Shown here one piece after another: positions 1-8,803 of a stretch of 64,000 bases of DNA. Position numbers and translations under genes: made by a program. Within the stretch, counting starts at the first letter, position 1, and each line of letters opens with the position of its first letter. The stretch is taken from NCBI GenBank assembly GCA_963783385.1, contig CAWANJ010000001.1, positions 320,001 to 384,000 of the forward strand, given 5' to 3'. The notes under the pieces are model-generated. The model saw only the letters and a program-made list of their open reading frames with translations, searched no databases and was not told where the DNA came from. The DNA is from an uncultured Gemmatimonadales bacterium. GTDB lineage: Bacteria > Gemmatimonadota > Gemmatimonadetes > Palauibacterales > Palauibacteraceae.

Positions 1-144
1 CGAGGCCGCCTCGGCCTCGACCGCATTGGGGACCCGGCGGTCCTCGGCCTGGATGAGGCGCACGATCTCCGCGGGCCCGGCCCGGTCGATGCCGGTCGTG
101 CGCGGGTTCACCGCCTCGGTCGGGCTCTGCCGTCCGTCCCGCAT
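1..144 (-). CDS. murQ: N-acetylmuramic acid 6-phosphate etherase, N-terminal part (runs off the window edge)
   Basis: Manual translation from ATG at 144: MRDGRQSPTEAVNPRTTGIDRAGPAEIVRLIQAEDRRVPNAVEAE, matching the MurQ N-terminal pattern TE-x-x-NP-x-T-x-x-ID...EI-x-x-LI-x-x-ED-x-x-V-x-x-AV. Not in the ORF track. Confidence 0.8.
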   Translation of the reverse strand, partial: MRDGRQSPTEAVNPRTTGIDRAGPAEIVRLIQAEDRRVPNAVEAEAAS

Positions 145-250
145 GGCCGCCTCCGCACCGCCGGTACCCTTCCTGCGTGCCTCGCTTCCGGCCGCCAAGC
201 TACGGGCACGGCGAGCCGGCCGACAATCGCGCGGCGTCCGGGCGGACCGA

Positions 251-1084
251 CTACGGCCCTCGCGAGGGATCGCGGGTCCACACGACCACCACGCCGCACT
301 CGTCCCCGGTGCGCAGATAGATGGCGGGGACCTCGGATACGCCCCGGTAGACTTCGATGGCCTCGATGTCCATCGGAGACAGCTCGTCGAGACGGAAGGC
401 ATCGGCCAATGGGATCCGGATGCCATCCACGAAGTACCCGATGCGGCAGCCACGGCGCGCCAGGAGCGGGGCGCTGCGGCTCATGGCCGGGTTCCCGGTG
501 CTGCCCGGCCCGGGCGTGACCTGCACGCCGGGCAGGGAGCGCAGCAGGTCGCTGACCTCGCGGGCGCGCCGGGCCTCGATCTGCTCCCGGTCCAGGAAGG
601 ACCCGATGCCGCGCGCGCGCCGCCGGTAGAAGCCCGCCAGCTTCCCCCGGGGGACCTCGTCACGCGTCACCCGGACCTCGAGGGCCGGCTGCGGAATCAG
701 CCGCGTCTCGAGCCGGAGGGAGAGCTCGGTGGGACCGTCCTCCCGGACCTCGGCCGTGAAGGTCGTGGACGGGAGCCCCGGGAGACGCACCTCGAACGTG
801 CGGCGACCCGGCGGGACGCCGTGCAGGAGGAAGCGGCCCGACGTGTCGGTCACGGCCCGGACCCGCCCCGCGTCGCCCCCGGACAGGCGGAGGCGCACCT
901 CCGCGCCGACCACGGGCGTGTCCGCGCGCGCCGCGAGGACGACCCCGCGCACGTCCCCCGCGGAGGCCGTGTCCCCGCCCGACTCACGGATCGCGTCGGG
1001 TGGAAGTTCCTGGGCGGAGACCGGTCCGGCGAGCGCGACCGCGGCCAGCAGCCCCAGGAGGGCGACGGGGCGCGAAACGGCCAC
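251..1084 (-). CDS. Secreted protein with carboxypeptidase-regulatory-like domain and TonB-dependent receptor plug domain, no beta-barrel
   Basis: GTG start, signal peptide ending VSA-QE; VTDTSGRFLLHGVPPGRRT (CarboxypepD_reg-like); plug motifs DLLRSLPGV, YFVDG, DIEAIEVYRG, CGVVVVWTR, then stop. Confidence 0.75.
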   Translation of the reverse strand: MAVSRPVALLGLLAAVALAGPVSAQELPPDAIRESGGDTASAGDVRGVVLAARADTPVVGAEVRLRLSGGDAGRVRAVTDTSGRFLLHGVPPGRRTFEVRLPGLPSTTFTAEVREDGPTELSLRLETRLIPQPALEVRVTRDEVPRGKLAGFYRRRARGIGSFLDREQIEARRAREVSDLLRSLPGVQVTPGPGSTGNPAMSRSAPLLARRGCRIGYFVDGIRIPLADAFRLDELSPMDIEAIEVYRGVSEVPAIYLRTGDECGVVVVWTRDPSRGP

Positions 1085-1092
1085 GGTCGCCG

Positions 1093-1875
1093 TCAGCGCG
1101 GACGGTGGACGGTCACCGGCTCCTTGAGCTGGAGGGTCATCGGGGAATCGGCCGGAAGGACGGCATCCACGTCCTGCGTCCCGAGCACAATGGCCGTGCC
1201 CGCCGCCGCGCCGACCGCCGCGCCGATGAACGTCCCCGTCTTGTTGCCGCCGATGATGCGGCCCAGGATGGCTCCCGCCGCCGTGCCGGCTCCGATCTTG
1301 ACCGCCGCCTCGCCCGTGCTGGTCCGGGACTTCTTCTGGGGCTCGGCCTTCACGAGGTCCGCCGAGATCGGGTAGCTCTCCCCGCCGACCGTGAGGCTGG
1401 TGAAGTCCACCTTGAGCACGGCCGTCTGGCCCGGGCTGCCGGACTTCTGCACGGCCGTGACCTCCCCGTGTACCTTGGCGCCGTCCGGGATCGCCGTCCG
1501 TCCGTCCACCGTGACCGGCCGGGTGACCGTCACCGTGAACCGGTCGCCGACCTTGCTGTCCTGGGTGGACAGCAAGGTGTCCAGTGTGGTCTCGAGCTGC
1601 GTCCCCGAGGCCACGCTCAGGCTCACCGTCGCCGGCGCCGGAGTCGCGGCCGGCTGCCCCTCGGGCGCGCCCGGTCCCGCCGGCTTCGCCTTCGGCGCCG
1701 CTCCCGCGGCCGCCGGCTGGCTGGCTGGCTGCTGGCTGGCTGCCGGCTCCTGTGCCGGCGCGGCCGAAGCGCTGTCGGCCGCTGGGGAGGCCTTGCCGCC
1801 CCCGCCGCCGCAGGCCGACAGAAGCAGGGCCGTCGTCGCCGCCAGGGTCCATCCGATCCTGCCGCTGACCTTCAT
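1093..1875 (-). CDS. Lipoprotein with Pro/Ala-rich linker, TrbI/VirB10-like beta domain and glycine zipper
   Basis: AGGAGG RBS before ATG 1875; lipobox LLSAC; IPDGAKVHGEV and GAAAGAILGRIIGG...GAAVGAAAG motifs. Confidence 0.75.
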   Translation of the reverse strand: MKVSGRIGWTLAATTALLLSACGGGGGKASPAADSASAAPAQEPAASQQPASQPAAAGAAPKAKPAGPGAPEGQPAATPAPATVSLSVASGTQLETTLDTLLSTQDSKVGDRFTVTVTRPVTVDGRTAIPDGAKVHGEVTAVQKSGSPGQTAVLKVDFTSLTVGGESYPISADLVKAEPQKKSRTSTGEAAVKIGAGTAAGAILGRIIGGNKTGTFIGAAVGAAAGTAIVLGTQDVDAVLPADSPMTLQLKEPVTVHRPR

Positions 1876-1971
1876 GATCTTCCTCCTCGTGGTGGTCGCC
1901 CGCTCTCCATACCCGTCAGGGGTGGAGGTACGGCGCAGGAGAAGAGATCCTCCCACTCATTCTGCCGCCTG

Positions 1972-1988
1972 CGCAACTCCGGGGCCAG
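1972..1988 (-). promoter_or_regulatory. Putative sigma-54 (-24/-12) promoter for the 1875 lipoprotein
   Basis: Minus strand CTGGCCCCGGAGTTGCG: GG-N10-GC spacing with TGGC...TTGC, about 100 nt upstream of the ATG. Confidence 0.55.
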
Positions 1989-2163
1989 CCTCCGTGCGAA
2001 CGGCGTCAGGTCCATGCGCGCCCGATCACGCTCCGGGAGCGAACCTTCTGACTTCGATGGTGTCTGTTTTACGCATGGCAGACGAGCGAGCTTCGGAGCA
2101 CGTCACGGCGGCGCCGCATCGGCGCGGGCCCGATGCGCCGGCGCGCGGAGGGAGCCGGGCGTC

Positions 2164-4056
2164 GTGAAGCAGCTTCGTTCGCTGCTCCCTTACCTTCGTC
2201 CCTACTGGCGGGGCATGGCCCTCGGCCTCGTGCTGGTCGTGGTGAGTAACGTGTTCAGCGTCGCGGCGCCGCTGCTCCTCAAGTACGCGATCGACGCGAT
2301 GCAGACCGAACTGAGTCGTTCGGTCATCCTCCGCTATGCGGGCCTCATCGTGCTCGCGGCGCTCCTCGGAGGTGCCACCCGCTACGGCCAGCGGGAGCTC
2401 CTCAACGGCATCAGCCGGAAGATGGAGCGCGACTTGCGCGCCGACCTGTTCGGTCACCTGCTCCGGCTTCCGGCACAGTTCTACGACGAGTGGAGGACCG
2501 GCGACCTCATGAGCCGGGCCACCAACGACGTGCTGGCCGTCCGCCAGGTCGCGGGCCCGGCGATCATGTATCTGGTCAACACGACCACCATGTCCGTGCT
2601 CGTGCTGACGCTGATGCTGCGCACCGACGTCACCCTCACCCTGCTCACGCTGCTCCCGATGGTGATCCTGCCCGCCGCCGTGTACCTGTTCGGACAGGAG
2701 ATCCACCGCCGCTTCGAGCGCATTCAGGCCCAGTTCAGCCAGATCTCCAACTTCGTGCAGGAGAACCTGGCCGGGATCCGGATCGTGAAAGCCTACGGCC
2801 AGGAGGGTTCGCAGACCCGGGAGTTCGGGGGCCAGAACGAGGAGTACCTGGAGCGCAACATGGGCCTGGCCCGGGTGTGGGGGGCGTTCCACCCGGCCCT
2901 CACCGTGTTCACGGGCCTGGCGGCGGTGGTCGTGCTCTGGTACGGGGGACGCGAGGAGATGCAGGGCGCCATTACGCTGGGTGACTTCGTGATGTTCATC
3001 ACCCTGCTCGTCCTGCTCACCTGGCCCATGATCGCCCTGGGCTGGGTCACCAACCTCTTCCAGCGCGGCGCGGCCTCGATGGGTCGGATCAACCAGTTCA
3101 TGGACCTCGAGCCGGCCATCGCGGACCCGCCCCGCCCGCGGCGACCGGACCGGATCCGCGGCTCCATCGAGTTCGAGGACGTCTCCTTCCGCTATCCGGG
3201 AACCGAGCACTGGGTGCTGCGGCACGTAAGCTTCCGTGTCCCTCCCGGCGCCACGGTGGCCATCGTGGGCGGGACCGGGAGCGGAAAGACAACCCTCGCC
3301 CGCCTGATCCCGCGCCTGTACGATCCCACCGAGGGCCGCGTCCTCGTCGACGGGGTCCCGGCGCGGGAGCTGTCCCTGGCCACCCTTCGCGATGCCGTGT
3401 CGGTCGTCCCACAGGAGCCCTTCCTGTTCAGCATGCGACTCCGGCGAAACCTCGTGCTGCCCGGCGCGGGACCGGCCACCGACGGCGAGGGCCCGCCCGC
3501 TGTAGAGGCCACCGGGCCGGGATCGCGGCCGGGGGTCTCCGGATCGAGCGCCAATGGCGGCCCGCCGGCCGCGGGGGGCCTGCCCACGGAGGCGGAGCTG
3601 GAGCACGCGCTCGAGGTCGCCCAGCTGCGGGAGACGCTCGCGGTCCTGCCGGAGGGCCTGGAGACCCGGATCGGCGAGCGCGGGGTGAACCTGTCGGGCG
3701 GCCAGAAGCAGCGGGCGACGCTGGCCCGGGCGCTGCTCCGGAACGCGCCGATCCTCGTGCTGGACGATGCGCTCTCGGCGGTGGACACGGTGACCGAGAA
3801 GGCCATCCTCGAGGGCCTGCGCGGCTATCTGCGGGATCGCACCGCGCTCATCATCTCGCACCGCGTGTCGGCGGTGCGCGAGGCGGACCACATCCTCGTG
3901 CTCGAGGACGGGCGGCTCGCCGAACAGGGCACGCATGGCGAACTGCTGGCCGCCGATGGCGTGTACGCGCACCTCCTCGAGCGTCAGCTCCTGGCCGAGG
4001 AGCTGGCGTCCTATCGGGGCCCAGGATCGCTTGCCGAAACGCCTGCGGACGGGTAG
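2164..4056 (+). CDS. ABC exporter, fused TMD-NBD (MsbA/MdlA-like half transporter)
   Basis: Six hydrophobic segments, Walker A GGTGSGKT, signature LSGGQKQR, Walker B ILVLDD, H-loop ISHR; GTG start at 2164. Confidence 0.93.
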   Translation: MKQLRSLLPYLRPYWRGMALGLVLVVVSNVFSVAAPLLLKYAIDAMQTELSRSVILRYAGLIVLAALLGGATRYGQRELLNGISRKMERDLRADLFGHLLRLPAQFYDEWRTGDLMSRATNDVLAVRQVAGPAIMYLVNTTTMSVLVLTLMLRTDVTLTLLTLLPMVILPAAVYLFGQEIHRRFERIQAQFSQISNFVQENLAGIRIVKAYGQEGSQTREFGGQNEEYLERNMGLARVWGAFHPALTVFTGLAAVVVLWYGGREEMQGAITLGDFVMFITLLVLLTWPMIALGWVTNLFQRGAASMGRINQFMDLEPAIADPPRPRRPDRIRGSIEFEDVSFRYPGTEHWVLRHVSFRVPPGATVAIVGGTGSGKTTLARLIPRLYDPTEGRVLVDGVPARELSLATLRDAVSVVPQEPFLFSMRLRRNLVLPGAGPATDGEGPPAVEATGPGSRPGVSGSSANGGPPAAGGLPTEAELEHALEVAQLRETLAVLPEGLETRIGERGVNLSGGQKQRATLARALLRNAPILVLDDALSAVDTVTEKAILEGLRGYLRDRTALIISHRVSAVREADHILVLEDGRLAEQGTHGELLAADGVYAHLLERQLLAEELASYRGPGSLAETPADG

Positions 4057-4132
4057 TCTACGGCGTTCGGGGCCAGGGCTTGAGTCACCCGTCCCGAACG
4101 TTCCGGTGATCCCTCCCGCATAGGACGCTCCC

Positions 4133-4965
4133 TTGCCGTACGATGCATCGGCCGCGGATACGGAGCACATCGACGCGCTGGAGCGGGAGATCCGCGTGCT
4201 GCGCAACCTGGAGGCTGCCCGCATCCAGTTTCTCACGCTCGTCTCGCACGAGCTCCGCACGCCCCTGACCTCCATCCTGACCTACGCCGAGGCCCTCGAG
4301 GACGAGCGCCTCGGTCCCCTGCGCCACGAGCAGCAGGAGGCACTCGCCTCGGTCACCCGGGCCGCGCGCCAGACGCTGGAGCTGGTCGACGAGATCCTGC
4401 GATACTCGAAGAGCGGCGGGCAGTCGGCGGAGCTCCGGCCGGAGAGCTTCGACATCGGCACGATGGTCGAGCAGCTCGAGACCAGCCACCAGTCCCTGCT
4501 GGCCCGCAAGAGGCTGGAATTCCGCAGGCTGATCGAGGAGGACCTGCCCCGCGTGTACGCCGACCACGCCAAGGTCTCGCACGTGCTCGGCAACCTGATC
4601 AGCAACGCCATCGAGTTCACGCCCCCGGGCGGGCGCATCGAGGTGAGCGCGGAGGCGGACGAGGAGGGGGCATGGATGCGCGTCCAGGTCGCCGACACCG
4701 GCATCGGCATCCCCCCGAGGACCAGGAGCGGATCTTCGAGGAGTTCGTGAGCCTCGACCGCGGCGTGGACCGCCGGCTGGGGGGCAGCGGGCTCGGGCTG
4801 TCCATCGCCCGCCGACTCATCGAGATGCACGGCGGACGGCTCGGCCTGGAGAGCGCTCCGGGTGAGGGAAGCATCTTCCACTTCACCCTTCCGACCGAGC
4901 GTAACCCTTCCGCGCTGGCCGCCTCGGGCGGACGGAGTCGCAGCCGGGGGGGCGCGGAGCGCTGA
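4133..4965 (+). CDS. Sensor-less histidine kinase (HisKA + HATPase), split by a frameshift at about 4716
   Basis: H-box SHELRTPL, N-box NLISNAIEF and G1 DTGIGI in ORF 4133-4750; EDQERIFEEF, GSGLGLSI and GEGSIFHFTLP continue in ORF 4672-4965. One extra C in the C6 run at 4711-4716 joins them. Confidence 0.85.
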
Positions 4966-4968
4966 CCG

Positions 4969-5346
4969 GTGCCCGCCGCCGACGCCGTGCGCGTCCTCCT
5001 CGTCGAGGATGACGACGGGCTCAGGAACGCCTACCGGATCGTGCTGGCCGCGCGCGGCTTCGACGTCGGGATGGCCTCCACGGGAGAGGAGGCGCTCGAG
5101 CGGCTCGAGGTCCCTTCCGGACATCCCGCCGCCATCGTGGCCGATCTGGGCCTTCCCGGCCTCTCCGGACCCGATCTCGTGACGCGGCTCCGGGAGAAGG
5201 CGCCCGGGTCCGTCCTCCTGGTGCTGACCGGCACGAGGGACGACGCCGTGCGCCGCCAATGCCTGAGCGCCGGAGCCACGCGGTTCATGGTCAAGCCCGT
5301 CACCGGCGGCGAGCTCGAGGCCACCCTGCGGGAGACGTGCGGCTAG
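4969..5346 (+). CDS. Single-domain response regulator (REC)
   Basis: VLLVEDD, phosphoacceptor IVADLGLP, VLTG and KP motifs. Confidence 0.9.
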   Translation: MPAADAVRVLLVEDDDGLRNAYRIVLAARGFDVGMASTGEEALERLEVPSGHPAAIVADLGLPGLSGPDLVTRLREKAPGSVLLVLTGTRDDAVRRQCLSAGATRFMVKPVTGGELEATLRETCG

Positions 5347-5356
5347 GGGCGCCCGA

Positions 5357-6085
5357 CTAGATCCGCCGGAGCAGGAAGCCGGGGGTGAAGCGGGTGGCCC
5401 ACGAGGCCAGGACCGTGAACTCCCCCGTCACCAGCAGCAGGCCCACGGCGACCAGCAGCGCGCCGCTGACCCGCTCCACCCACGGAATGTAGCGCCGGAA
5501 CCGCCGAAACACAGTGAGGAAGCGCGACAGGGCCGCGGCCGCCAGGAGGAAGGGCACCGCGAGTCCGGCCGAGTAAACGGCCAGGAGGCCGACGCCCTCC
5601 GCCAGCCGCTCCTGCGTGGCGGCGTAGGTGAGGATCCCCCCGAGCACCGGCCCGATGCACGGCGCCCAACCCGCCCCGAAGGTCACGCCCACGACCACCG
5701 CGCCCAGCATGCCCACGGGGCGGTTCTGCAACTGCACCCGGCGCTCGCGGAGCAGGAAGCGGAGGGGCGTGATCCCGAGGAGGTGGAGCCCGAACACGAT
5801 GACCAGGATCCCGCCGATGCGGGCAATCCACAGCTGGTAGTTGTGGAGCAGGTGTCCGAACGCGCTCGCCGAGGCGCCCAGACCCATGAACACGATGCTG
5901 AACCCGGCCACGAACAGGAGCGCGTGCACGAAGGCCGTGCGCCGCACCTCTCCACCCCCCGCCTCGAGCTCCTCGAGTCCCACGCCCGCCACGAAGGACA
6001 GGTAGGACGGGACCAGCGGGAGGACGCACGGGGAGAGGAAGGAGAGGATGCCGGCCAGGAAGGCCACGAACACGCCGACGGTCAC
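5357..6085 (-). CDS. ccdA: Cytochrome c biogenesis protein CcdA (DsbD transmembrane domain)
   Basis: FLSPCVLPLVP and WAPCIGPVLG motifs; six TM segments. Confidence 0.92.
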   Translation of the reverse strand: MTVGVFVAFLAGILSFLSPCVLPLVPSYLSFVAGVGLEELEAGGGEVRRTAFVHALLFVAGFSIVFMGLGASASAFGHLLHNYQLWIARIGGILVIVFGLHLLGITPLRFLLRERRVQLQNRPVGMLGAVVVGVTFGAGWAPCIGPVLGGILTYAATQERLAEGVGLLAVYSAGLAVPFLLAAAALSRFLTVFRRFRRYIPWVERVSGALLVAVGLLLVTGEFTVLASWATRFTPGFLLRRI

Positions 6086-6089
6086 CGGC

Positions 6090-7013
6090 CTACCCCATCA
6101 TGAAGCGATAACCGACCATCTTGTAGGCCAGCTTGGCCGCCACGACGCCGCACGCCATGGGACCGAGGTCGGGAGCCAGCTCCACGATGTCAGCGGCCAC
6201 CACGTTCCGCTCGCGGAACACGGCCCGCAGGAGGTCGAGGGCCTGCCACCAGCTCCCACCTCCGGGCTCGGGGGTCCCGGTGGCGGGCATGACCGCCGGG
6301 TCGAAGAAGTCGACGTCGAAGGTCACGTATACGTTGGGACCGAGGGCGGCCAGCGTCTTGTCGATCCAGGCGTCGTGGCGGAGCTCCTCGGCGAACACCG
6401 TGGTGATCCCGACCTCCTCGATCAACCGCCGCTCCTCGCCGGTCAGGGACCGGATCCCGACCGCGGCGATCCTGGACGTCCGATCCAGGATCCGCCGCAT
6501 CACGCACGCGTGGCTCCATGGCGTGCCGTGGTAGCTGGCGCGCAGGTCGGAGTGCGCGTCGAGCTGCAGGACCGAGAGGTCGTCCCCGAGTCGGTCCAGC
6601 CACGCGTGGACCGGCGCGCTCGAGATCGAGTGCTCCCCACCGAGGGTGAGCAGGAAGCGGTCCCCCGAGGCCTCGAGGATCCTGCCGTACGCGTCGCGGA
6701 GCGTCCGCACGGCGGTCTCGGGACCGGCCGCCGGCAACTCCAGGCAGGGGAGCGTGCAGATCCCCGCCTCCCACGGCTCCCCGTCCAGCTCCTCGTCGTA
6801 CAGCTCCACGTAGCGCGACGCCTCGAGGATCGCCTCGGGCCCGGACCTCGTGCCCGGGCCGTAGCTGGTCGTCGCTTCGTACGGCACCGGCAACACGACG
6901 GCCCGCGCCTCCTCCCACGTGGAAGCGTCGGCGCCGTGCCCCATGAAGTTGTCCGCGGTCGTCCACGGCAGCTCGTCGAGCGCGGCGGGGTAGGGGCAGC
7001 GATCGGAGGCCAC
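6090..7013 (-). CDS. speB: Agmatinase (ureohydrolase family)
   Basis: PYEATTSY, GGEHSIS, DAHSD, DVD, GTPEPGG; adjacent to arginine decarboxylase. Confidence 0.92.
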   Translation of the reverse strand: MASDRCPYPAALDELPWTTADNFMGHGADASTWEEARAVVLPVPYEATTSYGPGTRSGPEAILEASRYVELYDEELDGEPWEAGICTLPCLELPAAGPETAVRTLRDAYGRILEASGDRFLLTLGGEHSISSAPVHAWLDRLGDDLSVLQLDAHSDLRASYHGTPWSHACVMRRILDRTSRIAAVGIRSLTGEERRLIEEVGITTVFAEELRHDAWIDKTLAALGPNVYVTFDVDFFDPAVMPATGTPEPGGGSWWQALDLLRAVFRERNVVAADIVELAPDLGPMACGVVAAKLAYKMVGYRFMMG

Positions 7014-7016
7014 AGC

Positions 7017-7580
7017 TCAGCCGCAGAAGATGGCGGCCGACACGACCGTCGCCCACCGCCCGTCGTCCGGTCCCTCGACCGCGGCCGTGATGTTGGTCGT
7101 CCGCACGATCTGGTCGGAGAGGCTCCATACCTGACGCTGCTCGTCCCAGGCCGCGTCCGGATCGAACGGAATGCCGAGGACCGTGGCCAGCATGCTGGCC
7201 GCCAGATCCTCCGCGTAGTTGCCCGCGTGCCCGGCCGTCTCCCCGTAGCTGTGGTGCTCGGAGAGGTAGCCGAACTGGTCGGGGTTCTTGGGAATGGCGA
7301 GACCTATGCTGGAGGCGATGAGTCGGCTGGGCTCGTTCGTCTCCGAGCGGGCCATCACCGAGAACACGATCTGGCCGGGCTGCAGGAGCTCGAGCCCGTC
7401 CTCCACGTCGACCACCTCGCAGCCGGGCGGGAAGATGGAGGAGACGCCGACCAGGTTGTAGCGCGCCACGCGGGCGTCGCGCAGGGCCATCTCGAACGAG
7501 GACAGCCGTTCGCGATGGATGCCCACACCGGACGTGAGGAAGATCCTGGACGGCACGAAACTCACCGCTTCGAACGGCAC
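7017..7580 (-). CDS. pdaD: Pyruvoyl-dependent arginine decarboxylase
   Basis: SFEMALRDA, YNLVGVSSIFPP (Ser-Ser autocleavage site), GYLSEHH, AEDLAASMLA. Confidence 0.88.
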   Translation of the reverse strand: MPFEAVSFVPSRIFLTSGVGIHRERLSSFEMALRDARVARYNLVGVSSIFPPGCEVVDVEDGLELLQPGQIVFSVMARSETNEPSRLIASSIGLAIPKNPDQFGYLSEHHSYGETAGHAGNYAEDLAASMLATVLGIPFDPDAAWDEQRQVWSLSDQIVRTTNITAAVEGPDDGRWATVVSAAIFCG

Positions 7581-7719
7581 TTCAGCCTCCGGTCGGGGTC
7601 AGGTCGGGTCCGAGGAGCGACCGGGGCGCGCGTACGCGCGCGCCCCGGGGACGGGAATCGCCGGCGAAAGACGGCCCGAAGCGCGAGGCGGCGCCCGGCG
7701 ACCCGGCGGAGAGCCGTGG

Positions 7720-8184
7720 TCAGTTCCGACAGTGCGAGCAGTGTCCCAGGAGCTCCAGGCGATAATTGACGATATGGAAGTCCGTCTTCCTCGCCACGGA
7801 GTCCAGCCACGAGGCGAGGCTCACGTCATCGACGTCGGAGACACGGCCGCAGCCGAGACAACGAACGTGCTCGTGCTCGTCCGTGCGCCCATCGTAGCGG
7901 GCCGGGCCCTCGCCGATCGTGAGTTTCCGGGCGAGCCCGCAGCTCACGAACGCCTCGAGCGCCTTGTAGACGGTGGCCAGGCTGATGTCGGGAATCTGCT
8001 CGCGGACGCAGGTGAAGATCTCGTCCGCGGTGGGATGGGAGAGCGAGCCGCCCAGCACCTCGTACACGGCCGCTCTCTGCGCCGTGAACCGGTGCCCGTC
8101 CGCCTCGAGAGCCTCGCGGAGCTCCGCTTCGAGCTCCTCCGGACTCCTGCGCTGTGTGACGCCCTCAGCCACGACTCGCCGCAT
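7720..8184 (-). CDS. Fur-family transcriptional regulator (PerR-like)
   Basis: TAQRAAV, HPTADEI, ISLATVYKAL, HEHVRCLGCG, C-terminal CSHC. Start codon uncertain. Confidence 0.9.
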   Translation of the reverse strand: MRRVVAEGVTQRRSPEELEAELREALEADGHRFTAQRAAVYEVLGGSLSHPTADEIFTCVREQIPDISLATVYKALEAFVSCGLARKLTIGEGPARYDGRTDEHEHVRCLGCGRVSDVDDVSLASWLDSVARKTDFHIVNYRLELLGHCSHCRN

Positions 8185-8242
8185 CCGCTCGCGTCCACCG
8201 GCCGCGGTCGCCGGAGAGGCGGCCGCCATCGACCGAACCAAG

Positions 8243-8803
8243 CTAAGGATTTTCCACCCCGTCATCAATGACCGGAACGGCCGGGGATCCGGGATCTTCC
8301 GCGTCCGCGGCGCACACGAGCGCGCGCCACCGCGCCTCCGAGCCCTCGACCCTCACGTGCACCGGGTCGTGCTCCGTCCCGACGCGGCGCTGGAAGCGCT
8401 CCAGGAGGCGCGGGACCCGATCGGCCGGCACCACCCCGTGCGCCCGCACGTCCTCGTCCAGCGGGACATCGGCGGGGGTCACGGTCGCCCCGGTCCGGGG
8501 TCGCTCCTCGCCCACGGCCGACAACTCCCGGTCCGGACGCGGCGCAGTCGGCTTGCGGGCCGTGTACAGGCGCAGGCGACCGTCGGCGACGTAGCGCGTC
8601 AACACCAGGAACTCGGCGGAGGCCTCCACCTCCGGGAGAGGGGGGAAGATCCACAGCTCGCCGATCTCCCGCGGCGCGATCCGGCGCGCCACCTCGAGCA
8701 GGCGCCGCGCTACCGGCAGAGGCGCCGGCTCGGGCAGGCCGTCCTCCGGCCCCGTCGACCCGGGGGACGGCGCGCCCGGTGACGCGTCGTCGGGTCGGCT
8801 CAC
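8243..8803 (-). CDS. Hypothetical protein
   Basis: GTG overlaps the upstream DHH stop (GTGA coupling); globular-looking core EIGELWIFPPL...HGVVPADRVPRLLERFQRR. Confidence 0.65.
   Translation of the reverse strand: MSRPDDASPGAPSPGSTGPEDGLPEPAPLPVARRLLEVARRIAPREIGELWIFPPLPEVEASAEFLVLTRYVADGRLRLYTARKPTAPRPDRELSAVGEERPRTGATVTPADVPLDEDVRAHGVVPADRVPRLLERFQRRVGTEHDPVHVRVEGSEARWRALVCAADAEDPGSPAVPVIDDGVENP

Noticed and set aside
4711-4720. Programmed frameshift or phase-variable tract in the histidine kinase
   Set aside because: A C6 run is common at this GC content and there is no clear slippery heptamer; sequencing error is more likely.
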